Shown: positions 22,601 to 36,400 of the stretch, piece by piece
Position numbering within the stretch: the first letter of the stretch is position 1
Layout of the letters: each line of letters starts with the position of its first letter
DNA from: Mizuhopecten yessoensis
Lineage: Eukaryota
DNA length: 64,000 bases
Assembly: GCF_002113885.1 (NCBI RefSeq)
Contig: NW_018408784.1
Span: forward strand, 410,718-474,717
Direction of reading: 5' to 3'
Translations under genes and position numbers: made by a program
Notes under the pieces: generated by a model
Databases searched by the model: none
The model's input: only the letters and a program-made list of their open reading frames with translations
What the model was told of the DNA's origin: nothing

Positions 22601-25600
22601 CTACATAAACAGACCCTGATGTAAGAGAATGACTGCCTAAACCTTAACTCTAAAATTTTTGTCATCAGATATACTGTCTCCAGAAATGGGAAATCTGACT
22701 GCCTCGTGTCAGGTAAAGATGTTTCCTTTCCTACCAATGTAAGATTATAAGACTCTTTCATGCCCAGGGGTGTAGGATAGGGAAATTCCACCCGAGGGTT
22801 TTTCAAAGCCTCAGGTTTTACTAAATTTGAAAATCCCTCTGGTGGAATTTCCCTAACCTACACCCTTGTGCATGAAAGAGTATTTTTCTCTCATTACAAT
22901 TACCAGAATAAGCTCAGAATCCATGAAAATGCGTTTGGACTGGCCACCTTTTTGAAAATATCAATTTTTCCCCCCGAGCTTTTTAGACGAAAGCAAATTA
23001 GCCAGCCAGATTTTGCATACCCCATACTTGCAAACAATGTTTACGCAGAAAAAATAATCACATCTCTCTAACACGTACAGTAAATATATAATAAAAGGTT
23101 TTAATTTCATCACTCCACATTGCAGCATCGGAAAGTTCCCATTGTCACGTCACGTCACGTGAAATGGGGTGTAAGATAGAAATTTCCTACACCCCTTTCT
23201 TACCCTGGACAGCTCTATCTTACGCAAAGAGAAATGAGATAAAAAGCTATCTCGCATATTAAAGCTGTCGCATGGAGGTGTAAGAAATTTCTACCTTACA
23301 TGGCTTTCATAAGCTGCATAATATAGTCAATCTAACATCACAGTGAGACAATAACCTGATGATTTCACTTTTGACACGAGAATCATTACATTCACTCAAT
23401 ATTTTGACTTGTGCTTTATAAATGAAAAGATATTAGAGAAAATATTTGTTAATGATTGTTAGTTGGAGATGGAGAAGTTCCAATGTCAGGCTTATCAATA
23501 AAGTTTTAAAGCTTTGACATACCTACATCGTCACACATATAAGTCTCTTGTTGTTCCATTTTGATTAATCAATTATCAATTAGAAATTCTTTTCTGTGTC
23601 ATGATCTTACAAAATTAATATCTAAATAAAGAAGCAATTACAAATAAAAAAATTGAAATATAATTTGATGCAATTATGGTATACTTTATTTTTTTATGAA
23701 TGAAATTAGGGTGATACGATATTAATTACTTCATTTCAGTTCAACTACATGTTTGAGGTTCCCTGGCTGATGAAACAGTATCCACAACAGTTCAGGTAGG
23801 TAGAACGTTGTTCATATCAGACTATTTACTTATTGTTATTACAGAATGATTCTTAGAACATGAAAATATATGTTGGTGCTAGTAGCTACTTTGAACATTG
23901 GTTCAAATACTTTGATAATTTTCTGCAAATAATGTGTTCACTACAACATCAGTTAACCGTTGAGTGGCGATGATAACATTAACAGATCTAAGCCTCTGCT
24001 GCTTGTCCACGGGTTCAAAGGCGCCAACAAGGCCAGTCTGGAGGCTGATGGAGCCGCCTACTCCAACATACGCTTCTGTCAGGTTCGTATGTTGGGACCT
24101 ACATAGTAGTTAAAACATTAATATATTTGTACATCTGTATGTTAAAATATTTAAAAACATTAATATATTTGTACATCTGTATGTTAAAATATGAATACAG
24201 TACACAGATATGTATTTGTTAAAAAACAAGCTCTGTTTTGAATACAAAATTTGATAGATATACATGTAATTTTTTTTACAAAATATTTTGTTTTTCAAGA
24301 TTTTCTTTTTGATTTCCTTTGAAGCATATTTCCTTCGAAATATATGTACATGATTAAACTTGTTTTTTCTTGTTTGGAGTTTCTCTTTCTTTCTTCATGT
24401 TTTATCAACAGCAAAGTTTTTAATTGGCATTGGCCTTTCTCAGGTAGAATGAAAATGGTTAGAATATGTTTAAAAGCACATATCATGTAATGCTTATTAA
24501 TTAATGTTCGTCTGTTTTAGGCTCGTCTGGATATGCCCTATGGAACACATCACACGTGGGTATTAACTTTATTTCTAGTGTAACATTTTCCTGCTTCAAG
24601 TCTTTGAGATTTTAGAAGGTCGTACATGCACATCTTTAATAATGATAGTAAATTGTAACTGATTCAGTAATTGTAAAAGCAAAAATATGGTATGGGTTTT
24701 TCAAATGGAAAGTTTTGCTTTGGCTATTTGCTGAAATACATGTATGTTGTCCTCTAAGTATGAAAAATAGTTTAATTTAAATACCTTGGGCATAAAACAA
24801 CCAGTTTTCACTTCATTCATAGTTTGGTTGTACATGTGTATGGGGAAAATGTTTTGAGCTATTTAATTTACTCTACAAGGCCGAACTTAAGAGTATGATT
24901 ATAGCATTTATACTTCTGACTTGTTAATAACAACAAATCTGTTGTAATGAAAATCTACTTAAAAAAAAAAGAAGAAAACCTTTGTAATCATTGCTACTGA
25001 ATGTAATCAAACTTTCAAACCTTAGCCTGATGTTTTGTATTTATTTTTCCTGGTAGAAAGATGATGTTCCTGTTGTATGACAACGGGATGCGAGTCGTAG
25101 TACACACCTCAAATATGATGGAGCATGACTGGTTCCAAAAAACACAAGGGTACGTCCATACCACTTTTAGAAAATGTTTTGTAAAGATGTAATATTATGA
25201 TTAAGTATTCCATTTCTGAAAAGTGCTTTTAAAAATGTTCTCTTTTATGGTACCTGTACAAAGTGCTCTTTAATTCAATTTTGTAAAGCTGTTCAATCCT
25301 TTCTGACATCAAAACATCTTTGTCAATAAAATCTGCTCATTCCATATTTCAAATATTCTTTGAACATAAAACATGGTTAAAAGTTTTTTCTCCACAATTA
25401 TTTCAGTTTAAGAGAAAAAATGTTCACATGAAAGATTTTTTTTTCAATTGGTATTAGAATTATGTATTATCAGTTTATAAACCAAACTCCTTTAGAATCA
25501 AATGAAGTCCTGCCTGACTTACATGTATGTCCTGTCTCCATTGATAATAACTACAATGAACCTGTCTAATCTGACCCCTTAGTATTCCAATATCCTGTCT

Positions 25601-28600
25601 AAATGTTGTACTCATGAGAAACTACAAAATGAGACATTTGCATTCTGCCATCCTCATTAATCTGACCATTAATGGGCAGTACCAGTATAAAACAAGGTGT
25701 CAGATAACACAGGTTTCACTGTATGTACAGTTTGACCCTGTGACAGCCTCAGTAAATATATCTTTTTGTATTATTGTGTGTGTCCTATGAAGGATGTGGA
25801 TTAGTCCGCTGTTTCCCAAGCTCTCCAAACCCAGCAGTACTCTGGGGGAATCTCCGACAGGGTTCAAACGTGACCTGCTGGAGTACGTCGGTGCGTACCA
25901 GGCCTATCAGCTGAAGGACTGGAAGGATCACATCTTCCACCACGATATGTCGTCTGCTAGGTCAGTGACGAATGAAAACATCTTGTTTCTGAAAATAAGA
26001 TACAGGAATGTTGTAATGAAGTTCCATGTAGTAAACCACTTTTCTGTTTTGGGCTTAAATATTCTTTCAAATGTTCTTATAATTGTGAGCTATTCTGCTG
26101 TGCAACAGCTCTCGTAATCTTTTGACAATCCTCAGAAATTCATTTTGCAGTCAAGGGGAGACAACCTTGAGTCTGTATGAAGATTTTCTACTGAACGTTA
26201 CTTTTGTATGTGTAGCAGAATTTAAATTATAACTTGCTCTGCAAATATATTTGTATTAATTGTATACTTTTATGATTGAATGGTGAAATAATGTGATATC
26301 ATATAAGTGCAATGTACTTGGTAAAGAAATCCTGAATAATGAGTCTTGCAGCAAAGATCACATTTTAATCTAGAACTTCCTAAATATAATCAGGTTTTCA
26401 GTTAATCTGGTTAAAAACATTGTTTTTGCTGATAAATGGCATTAACTGGAATTGACTGTACTTAATTGCAAGGATTTCAATTTCCAAACAGAAAACAATT
26501 ATTATAATAGACATTTGTTTAAATGTTTCAGGATTAATATTTTCATTTATTATGAAATTTATAAATGATTTACAATCAGATATATTCCAAATATATTTTC
26601 CCTTCAGAGTGTTTATAGTTGGTTCCTGCCCAGGCAGACATGCTGGGGACAAGAAGAGCCACTTTGGCCACATGAGGTTACGCCGTCTGCTCCACGACCA
26701 TGGTCCCGAGAAGGAGCTTGTCAGGACCTGGCCAGTCCTTGGTCAGTACTCCAGTGTAGGGACGTTGGGACCGGCCAAGGAGTCGTGGCTGTGTACGGAG
26801 TGGCTGCAGTCGCTGGCCACGGTCAAGGGAACCAGTTGTGTACCACTCATGACAATTCCACTACAGCTGGTAATATATGTGTTTTCGAAAAAGAGTTTGT
26901 TAAAAAAGTATCAGATCTTTTTTTGGTCTACATTTTGATACTAACCATACAGAGCTGAACATTTAAAGTCACACTGTTTTCTTCAAAATATCCTAAAGTT
27001 CGTTGTGTTTTCATCTTAATTACATAATTACAAAAGTATTCTTTTGGGAAAAAGATAAAATGACTTTTTCTCACAACAGTCTCAAATTAAAATTTCTGTA
27101 TTTGAGGTGGCAAGAATTTTATGCTTTATCAATTAACAAAATTAATTCAATTTATACCACTGATATTTTCTTTGAAAGGTGAAATTAAAACTATACAAAG
27201 TATCAATTTTTGCTTCTCTTTAGATATTTCCAACAAAAGATGATGTTCGGACAAGTTTGGAGGGATATCCGGCTGGAGGTTCCATTCCCTACAGTATCCA
27301 TGTGGCTCGTAAACAGCCGTATCTTCATACATTCCTCCAGTAAGTCTACGTAGATTTTGCTTGGCTGTTGGGTTTGATAATTTTACGATAGAAAAATTAC
27401 TTGTAATGTTTGTGATATTTATTTTCATGTAAATTCACATTAATTGAATGCTTGAATTGGTTGCATTATTTTTGAACTTGCTACATGTCTTGAATGTTCT
27501 CAAGTTGCTTAATATTCTATTATTCAAATTCTAACGGAACACATGTTTTATTGATTTAAATAGGAAATTTCAACTGTTATTATTAAAGCGTGAATTTTGA
27601 ATTACAATGTGAACTGACTGATATATTTCCCAAGAGGAAAATTAAAAAATAATGTAGATGCTCCGAACATGTTTCTTGTATAAACATTTCTGTTTATCAT
27701 TCAACTTGTATACACAGCCAGTGGCGGTCTGAAGGCCGGGGAAGAAGTAGAGCCATGCCACACATTAAGACTTACGGACGACCTTCTCCCTCAGGCAAGG
27801 AGCTGGCCTGGTTCCTTGTAACTAGGTAATGCGGAGAAAGTTTTGTTGTTTTATAGTGATTGTTTCATGATAGAATTACCACTGAAGCGTGTGTGATATT
27901 GTAACCTTTTGCCACATATTGACATCATTTAACATTCCAACCTCACTGTTAAAAGTTTACTCTATATCGATATTTGTCGACATTGTAGAATGTTCATTTA
28001 AAAGTCATCTCATGAGTAAGTGCAATACATCATACATAACTAAATATTCCAACGTAGAAATTGATTCGCTGATACTGAAACCTAAGTCACTACTCTTGTT
28101 TGTCTTGAGACAACTGGTTTTGTATCAAATGTTTGTTACACAGTGCCAATTTGTCAAAGGCAGCATGGGGAGCGATGGAGAAGAAGGGAAGCCAGCTGAT
28201 GATACGGTCGTACGAGCTGGGAGTCCTTTTCTTTCCAAAGTTCTTTGTAAGTTGATTACATTCTTATGCATGCAGCTGTTTAACAGTAGCCATTTTCATT
28301 TACATGTAATAAATGAAATCATATTGTTGATGAAATGTCTAGGTTTATGAGTTTGGTGTAACCGTATAAGCAGATTGTGTTCATATCTGCTATACATTGC
28401 CAAGAAATTTTCTACATGCTAGTTTGAAAAAACACCTCTATGCAAATATCACATTTCTCTACCTAAATGTGTGTACAGTATACAATATGATATCTATTTT
28501 AGTCATACATAAAATAAACTGGTTGTACTTTTGATATCAATGTGCAATGTATAAGTGTTATCACTGTTTTAAAAATTAAAATTCCATACAGTTTTTGAAT

Positions 28601-29387
28601 TCGATTGTAAAAATATGATTGAAATGGATTTCTGAACTTTATATTCTCTGAAAAAATTACTGTTTTTGTAACTATAGGAAGTGAAGGGGGCTTTTAGGAC
28701 TACGAGTGACGTGGACAGTATTGGTGGTGGTGTATTTCCACTTCCCTACGATCTACCAGTAACACGGTACAGTAAAGGAGGTAAGGAACTCATTACTGTT
28801 ATATCTGTCGGGATTGATAAAATATGATGTGATCAAAGAAAATGATTTTCGTTAAAATGGATGGAATAAGGATTTAAATCCTTACAACTTGTTTTGAAGA
28901 AATATGACTATTCAATGTTTGTTTCTATTTGTCTATATATTCTTAAATAATTCCAGTAAAATGGGTCACAAGGATATTGCATCATTTACATAGACACAGA
29001 ATATGACTTTTTTTTATACAAAATTTTGTCATTTTTGAAGATATGAACTTTCCTTTCGGTGTTAGAAGTTGGAACCAACCAGAATATTGTGCAAAGTGTG
29101 TTTTCGGCCCTCACTAATACACTGTATATCCATTTAGAAAGAAACAATGTCTAGTAACATTTCTCCATTATAATTGTCTGTATTTCTCGAGAGATGGGTT
29201 TACATGATCAATATTCTGTTAGCCTGATTTATTCATGATTTTATATATTGTATTTGTGAATAAAGTTATTGGATTCTTTCATATAATTTTCCACTTTTCC
29301 TTATTAGACAAACCTTGGATCTGGGATATTGCCCACAAGGAGTTGCCAGATACCAACGGAAATATGTGGTGTCCGCCAGGTTCGTGA
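19637..29387 (+). CDS. TDP1: Tyrosyl-DNA phosphodiesterase 1, 15 exons, ~735 aa, with an N-terminal PBZ finger
   Basis: Exons 19637-19687, 20671-21355, 21909-22115, 22669-22712, 23740-23795, 23986-24082, 24521-24555, 25057-25149, 25793-25960, 26608-26869, 27224-27339, 27718-27825, 28144-28246, 28678-28780, 29308-29387 (2208 nt). Catalytic motifs YGTHHTKMM...TSN and MPHIKTY...[11 protein letters not shown]; also [37 protein letters not shown]. Confidence 0.96.
22737..23302. mobile_element. Non-autonomous foldback-type element with two internal hairpins
   Basis: Ends ATGTAAG...CTTACAT. Long imperfect palindrome 22752-22881 and a second inverted pair at ~23170-23195 / 23274-23300. Confidence 0.6.
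25554..25721. mobile_element. Tc1/mariner-like MITE
   Basis: TA flanks; imperfect TIR CAATGAACCTGTCTAATCTGAC / GTCAGATAACACAGGTTTCACTG. Related pieces at ~8818-8926 and ~37159. Confidence 0.65.
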
Positions 29388-29810
29388 GGAACCATGTCCT
29401 TGACGACCTGGATCAGGGATACTTCCCGCAAGGAACTTCACGTACCAGATACCAATGGAAACGTCTGGATCAGTATTACAAAGTCTATTGAATGTCAATA
29501 AGAATATCTGGTGTCCAACAGGTCCAGGTTCATGATGAACCATGTCTCGAACAACCTGGATCTGGGATATGCCAACAAGGAACTATAGGCACCAGTTACC
29601 GATGGAAATATGTGCTGCCTGCCAGGTTCATGATAAGCCATGTCCCAGACAACCTGAATCTGAGACAAACCTTCAAGGAACTGTCAGACACTAGTACAGT
29701 GGTGCTTTCCCAATTCATGATGATCCATGTCTTGTAACCTGGGTATGGGGAATTGCCAACAAGCAACTGCCTGATACCAATGCAATTTATGGTGCCTTAA
29801 GTTCAATAGA
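29313..29810 (+). repeat. Tandem degenerate repeats of the TDP1 last coding exon (1 coding and 4 decayed copies)
   Basis: Motif cctggatctgggat...caaggaact...ccagataccaa...tggtg...aggttcatga recurs at 29313, 29407, 29555, 29653 and 29738. Confidence 0.85.
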
Positions 29811-30410
29811 GTCCAGGACAAATCGGAGATGTGTGTTGTGCTTTGATTGTGCTTGTGATGTTAATTTTCCAGACATATGAAATAGTGTTAAGTTTCCAGT
29901 TTTGGAAAGTCAGATGAAAAACTCAACAAAGATATCTCTTTGATAGAAGATTTGTTTTAATTAATAGGCTATAGCAGGTACAGAGAGTTACAAAGTATCT
30001 TCTTTATATGTTTTACAGTTGAACATATCAGATATACAGTGAGCTATTAATTTATTTTAAGCATGTACAAAATCAATTCACTTTATTAAATTATTCATCA
30101 AATTTTTGTTTTATTTATATTTTTGAGCGTTTCAAATTATTGTACAGAGTATACATCAATCAGATGATAACTCTCAAAAACACCAGAAAGAATGTTTTTC
30201 TAATCCCAACTGTTCGACATGATTTAACAGTTCCACTTTCCAATTTCCTTCCTGAAAGTTAACGTTTTAGGTTATCACCGTCACCATATAGAATCCTCTT
30301 CAGTCCTCCATGTGTTGTTGTTGTTGTTGACTTCTTTTTTGCACAATCACGGTAAATAAATTATAAAGAATTGGCAGTTCCTATAAATACAATTAAAGAG
30401 TCTATTGATT

Positions 30411-33400
30411 TTAAAATTCTGGGTTCCCGAATCCCACTGCCTGTTGTACCTCCTGTATCTCTGCCAGTAGTTCCTCATCTCGCAGATTTACCTAGAGGTA
30501 AAACACAGATCATTAGAGGCTAAATAAATACAATGATGATATTCATAATATCAGTATTTCAAGAATCATGGAAAACCGAGTTTTGTTAAAGTCGGATCAT
30601 AACTTCATAATCTGTAATATATATTAGCTTTTAAGCTCTAGTGATAAACCTTTAAGTTAAACAATACACAATTTATTCAAAAAAGACTTTGTATGCCTTA
30701 TGAATCTCTTCTGCAATGTAGCAGGCTGGTGGACACACGATGTCGATGCATGATGACAACTTTTGTACAGTTAGCTTTAACCTGACTTTGCTAATTACCT
30801 TGAGGGCATATTTGTAGGCCTGTTCAGCCTCGAGCTGGCGTCCAGTCTTAAGACAAACCAAGGAAAGGTACGCCCACACCTCTGGGTCTGTGTTGTTTAG
30901 GATGTTCGCCTCGGACAGAGCATCCTCAGCCTCTGATAATTCATCCAGCTGCAAGGTCAGAGTTCAAATGACATATTATGTACAGGTTTAAACAAGGAAT
31001 CAATTAAACTAAGTAGAAATGTACTGATCATCAAAGTATTAAAAAGTTGAGAAAAATAAGGTTACTTTTTTACATTCTCTGCCTAAATAATTGTAAGTTG
31101 TACTAGTACTGGTTCAGGATCAGGAAATGGTATCAAAATATTACATGTAAGTAAACAAAATTCAAATGCTGATAAAAACTATTTTTTCTAATAAATCAGA
31201 CAACATTGAATCAAATTTTGACTTCAGTCTACAATCTTTCATGATCTTGGACCCAGTTCTCCCTTTTCCTGTCCGAAGTATTGCAGTCATTTTTAGCCAA
31301 GAATCTAGGAGTAAACACATTCACAGAAAGGCCAGTAATTTGTGTTTTCTGTAGGTGACTTACCCTGTAGCAGGCGATACCAACACCTAACCAGGATACA
31401 CAGGACGGGGAACGCTTACATGCCATCAGGAATGTATTTTTGGCGTCTTCAAACTGAAATACAAGTTAATATTTGTTGAGTCAAATTATCAATACATAAA
31501 GCAGTAGCACCTTGAACTTGATAATATCCTAACTATGTAGACAAAGGATCTGGACAGTTAATCTTCACAGTAATATGTTTTGCTTCTGATTGGAAGGCTT
31601 GAAATTTGATTCCTTAAGTGTAGATCAAATAGTACATGTATCTGTCCTTGAACAAGACCCTTTCCGCTGATGTTACAGTCTACCCTACTGCATAAATGGA
31701 CACCAAGCATACAGGGAAGTACAATGTACAATAAACTTGAGGAAGTCTTGAATCCAGAGTACGCTCCAGTTGGGCTTGGAAATACTTGATTTACCTACAC
31801 TGACAGTAGTTTACAGTGAATAATTTTGGTTATTTATCATTAAGATTAGATTGAGATAGTTTCCACACAAAGGAATAAAATGAAAACTCGTCGGACTTGA
31901 GCAGTTGATGACAAAGCAGTTTGTATGACCAGATCTGGTGAGATATAAAATAAAGAAATATTTACCTTACGGTCCTGTAAGTATATGGAGGCCAGACGCA
32001 GGTAGATGGAGTGCATCTCTGAAGCATCCGACACGAAGGATATGGTGCGCTCATAGCAGTCGCGAGCATTGCTAGTATCTCCTGTCATGTATTTCACGTG
32101 ACCTAACAATGCCCAGGCGTCAGGATTCTGTTACAGAAACGTATTTTATAATAACCTACATTTTCTATCAAACTTTACAAAATTCTTCATATTACTACTG
32201 TATTGTTATAATAAATTCTATAGCAATATTGAACATACAAAAAAGTCAGTCTCATTGAAAAACTAAGATTTAAAAACTTTAACCTAAAGCTTTATGTGTG
32301 GAAAGAAAAAAGGTGCTTTACCTGGTAGTTAATGCATTTGGTTCAAATTAGAACATATTTAAAGAACTTCAGATTACAAAAGTAAGTAAAGTTGGACTTA
32401 ATTAGTTATTCCTTGACCCTCCCACAGACCTGATGATCAAACTGAAGGGCCTCGGTGAGACTTTCTTCTGCATCGCTGAACTCTTTCTTCTGCAGTTTGA
32501 GGCGGGCATAACAGATATGGTAGTTGGAGGTTGGGCCACCTGTGGGTGTCAACAGCTCGTGGGCCAACGCCCTCTCTGTGAACTGTAAGGGATGAGAATA
32601 TACTGTGAACATTCTTGCTACGTGTTTAAAAGTGACATCCTATATTGTCATATAATGGCAAACATTTAACAATTTGTGCAAAAAATCTTGAAATTTTTAT
32701 CTTAATTTCTTAACCTGTCTAATTTTAAAACAGCATACCATTGAACATATATCCATGATGCATATGGTATATTTTTATCTTAAGAAAAAAAGGAATGAAA
32801 TTCATTTGCCAGTCATTTAAATTAACCACAACATTTACACTTTTGTACATAAATCTGCGGTCAAGATAAACCGTTTTGTTATTTTCCCCATGTTTCTATC
32901 TATTTGTTACGCTAATGCAAAAGCTCAATGTCATGTGACTTACAGGCACAGCCTTGACCTCAAGCAGCCAATCAATGGCCTGCATGTACACGCTGGATTT
33001 TGGAATGGGAGTGGGCTCCCTTGGAGGTGGTTCCTCCTGTGTGTCGTCAGCAGGCTGGGGTGTACCCCTCTGACTACCGAGCTTCAGCTGACTCCCAGGA
33101 CGGGACATGCTGCTGTCACTCTTCAGCTTGCTTCCTAATAGAGGTAAAATAGACATACAATATGTTTAGCTAGGTTTATTTAATTAAATTAAAAAGAAAT
33201 GTAGATTTGAAAAATATCTTTATTTTTGAGTTTTCTTGTAGCGGTACTTTTTCTTCATTAGGTTTTAATTCATCAAAATTGTCTGTATTTTAGATTCTAT
33301 AAAATCAAATAAAAAGAAAACTCTTTGAAAATAAAGATATTTTTTAAAATTTCTTTTAAGTTACTTTTTGATATACTGAATACATTTGCATTATTATAGT

Positions 33401-36400
33401 TACATGTATATAAACCGTGTTAATTAACAAGACTGATGAAGATATACATGTTATAACTGCCCCTTGACTTGAGTATCATACATATGCAAATTAGTTTCAA
33501 ATACCTGTGCAGGTAAATTTCTCTGCAAAATATAGGTACTCCGTTTAAAAATATATACAAAGCAGCTTAATCTCTAATATGCCGTTCTTATTAAGATTTA
33601 CTAATAACTGGCATACCAATCTATATTTTCACAAACACAAACTCTTGTTTGAAAATAACTAATATTGTATTTTCTATAAATACACAAGGTTATTTCAACA
33701 ACAACAGCAAAACTTCCCTTCAGTCAGTTGGGACTTGGTTGGTTACCATAGGGATTTCTCAATTGTTTTCTTTCCTCACAAATTGTTAAGTTCAATGACA
33801 ACAGATTCACCTGGTGTAAGTAAACGCCCAATCCACAGCAGGTTATATATATAAGTAGGTGATTATAGAAACATAGTGTCAGCCAAGTATTTATGCAATA
33901 TGTATGGTACATGTATTAAAATAGCATTAATATGGATTCCTGGATCAATACCCAAATGAAACTGATGTATGATAATGTTGTCTCTCCAAAGGATACAGAA
34001 ATATATTTTACTATATTTAATGTTGTACTCGCAATAAATTTAATGAAGCATCGAGTATCGTCTAAAGTCAAGCAGGATAAATTTATCAGTTTATTTTTTC
34101 TACCTGTATGTTTTCTTTTTGAATTTAAATCTTGTTTTATTGGTTATGAAATAAAACTTAAACATATGTATAGCATTATGTTTAATCTGTTGAAATACAA
34201 TTCTTTAATTTTAAGAATTTCCAGCACATATATGTATCAGCACATAGCGATATGTTCAAATAAACCTGGAATGTTTTGTAACTGAATTTTGGCTGTTTCA
34301 AAAATTCAATAAAATTATTTTAGATGTGACACTTGGTTCAACAACCCTAACAGTAATGTGTGAAATAGCATTGGGATAGATGAACAAGGAATAACATAAA
34401 TACATTTGTTTTATTATTGGAAAATTTTGACATATTATTTATGAAACATGTCATCAAAATCCTTTCATATGTACAGTGAGGATCAATGTAACAGACAGTG
34501 GGGCGATATATGGACATGCAATGTATTTTGATGGCGGAGGTGTTTGATTATAGACAGACGGGGAGGGCGGAATGAGAGTCGGACAGCCTCACACAAAACT
34601 TCAAACACTGTAGTTGGCAGTACATGCAGCTCTGCCTCACACACGTGTGTACTATACCTGTGCCGGAAGTGTCGGGGTGCAGGTGGGGTTCTACAGATAA
34701 CATACGTCAAACGTTGTCACACACAACATTTTTCTACTTAATCTAATTAATGACACATATTCAAACTTCATATAACTAAACATCTATCAGAAATTATGTT
34801 TACAGAATTCGTCTTCTTATATTATTTTTTTTAACTTAAAAAAGAGTTTTTATCATATTGTGTCTCTCAAAAACCAAGCTCAAACATTCTTTTATTGTAA
34901 TTAAAATATAACATCTCTGAAACATGAAACAACTCGTTACTTGTAATAAACCAATTTCAATGAAAATCAGCATCAGTGAAATTGTTTTTACAGTGTAATT
35001 TAAATATTTTCAATTCTGTATTAATTTCAAGAATGTAAACTCTTATACGTAGTGCAATTATTGCTTTACTTTTGTTTTCATGCAACAAGATTATTATAAT
35101 TCAGGTAGCTATATACCATGGTAAGTTACAGCACCCCTCATATACCTCAAAAGTGTCTCTTGTTTTTTTTATTTTTTTCCTATCCACGTTGAAGAAAACT
35201 TTTCTCCAACAATCTGGAGAATATGTAGCAAACTTCAGCAGAATTTACTTGATTCCTGTGAGTTCAAATTTTAAAAAAAAACTGAAAAAAAACAACAAAG
35301 TGCAAATATATACAATATCAAACTATTTGATACGCCTGTTGGTCAGCGTGCCAGTAAAGCATGCAGTTGACATCCAGAAGAAGCGAAAGGTTGCCGTTTT
35401 CATTCTGCTGTGAGGAAATTGCTTGATCATAAATAAAAATAGTGCAATTTCTCTATACTTACTCTTGGGTTTGACTGGGAGTTATAACCAGAAAAGGTGT
35501 TAAATTTACTCGACATGGGATCATAAAAGGCTTTGTGATTTGGTATTAGGCCTCAGGTCTATAATTATATAGACTGATTTTTTATTTAGATTTGACGCCC
35601 CTATCAAAATAAGTAGCTGCTTTCCTGAATTGAGTATCTATCAAAAATATGTTCAGAAATATTCATTCAAGGTTTGTCATTAAATTATGACAAATGATAC
35701 AGTTATGTTGCTTGAAATTGCATCCGGACATGCAACAAAAATATTGTTCATATTATCAAAAAGTAGGTCCTGTGAGTGTTGTCCTGCCTTTGCTCTGTTT
35801 ATAATACCCCTGAGCCCTGGTAATTAAAAGGATATTTCGAGGAGCATTTTGAATTTAAGTCAAGGCAATTTATGTAACTATCAAAACTTAATGATTATCC
35901 ATTATTGAAAATAACTCAAATTTTAGTAAATTTTTTACAATGGATTTTAGATATATTCAAATTTGATGAACTGTATCGTAAAATTTATATAATATTTGAT
36001 ATAATCTCCAAGTTTACAAGCTTACTGACGGGATATGCAATTACAACAGCATATTTTATATATAAGTAACTTCTGTTTGTTTATGTACTTTGTATTGTAT
36101 TATCGTCTCATGGTGAATGTTTTTCTCGGTATTATGTTGTGATATGTAAATTTTCATGTTCCTGTCTTGATAAAGGGGCAGATCATCCAGAAAATTTGAC
36201 ATATTTCTTTGTCTGCACTATCGTTATTTCTTCTTTGCCCATAAGTTCTACTACTAATATATATAGGAGTATGTGGATCTGAGTAAGTAATTTTCCTACG
36301 GACTGACCGTAATGATATGACCGTACCTGATCTCCGCGTGGCAGATTGTCTCCGGTCAGACATTGACCGCCCGCCTCCTGACCTGGCAGAGGTCGGAGGC

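Noticed and set aside
24111-24191. Local direct duplications (also 47177-47282)
   Set aside because: Simple two-copy intronic slippage events with no further structure.
27889-28350. 153-aa ORF overlapping TDP1
   Set aside because: Mostly intronic and in a different frame from the real exon 28144-28246.
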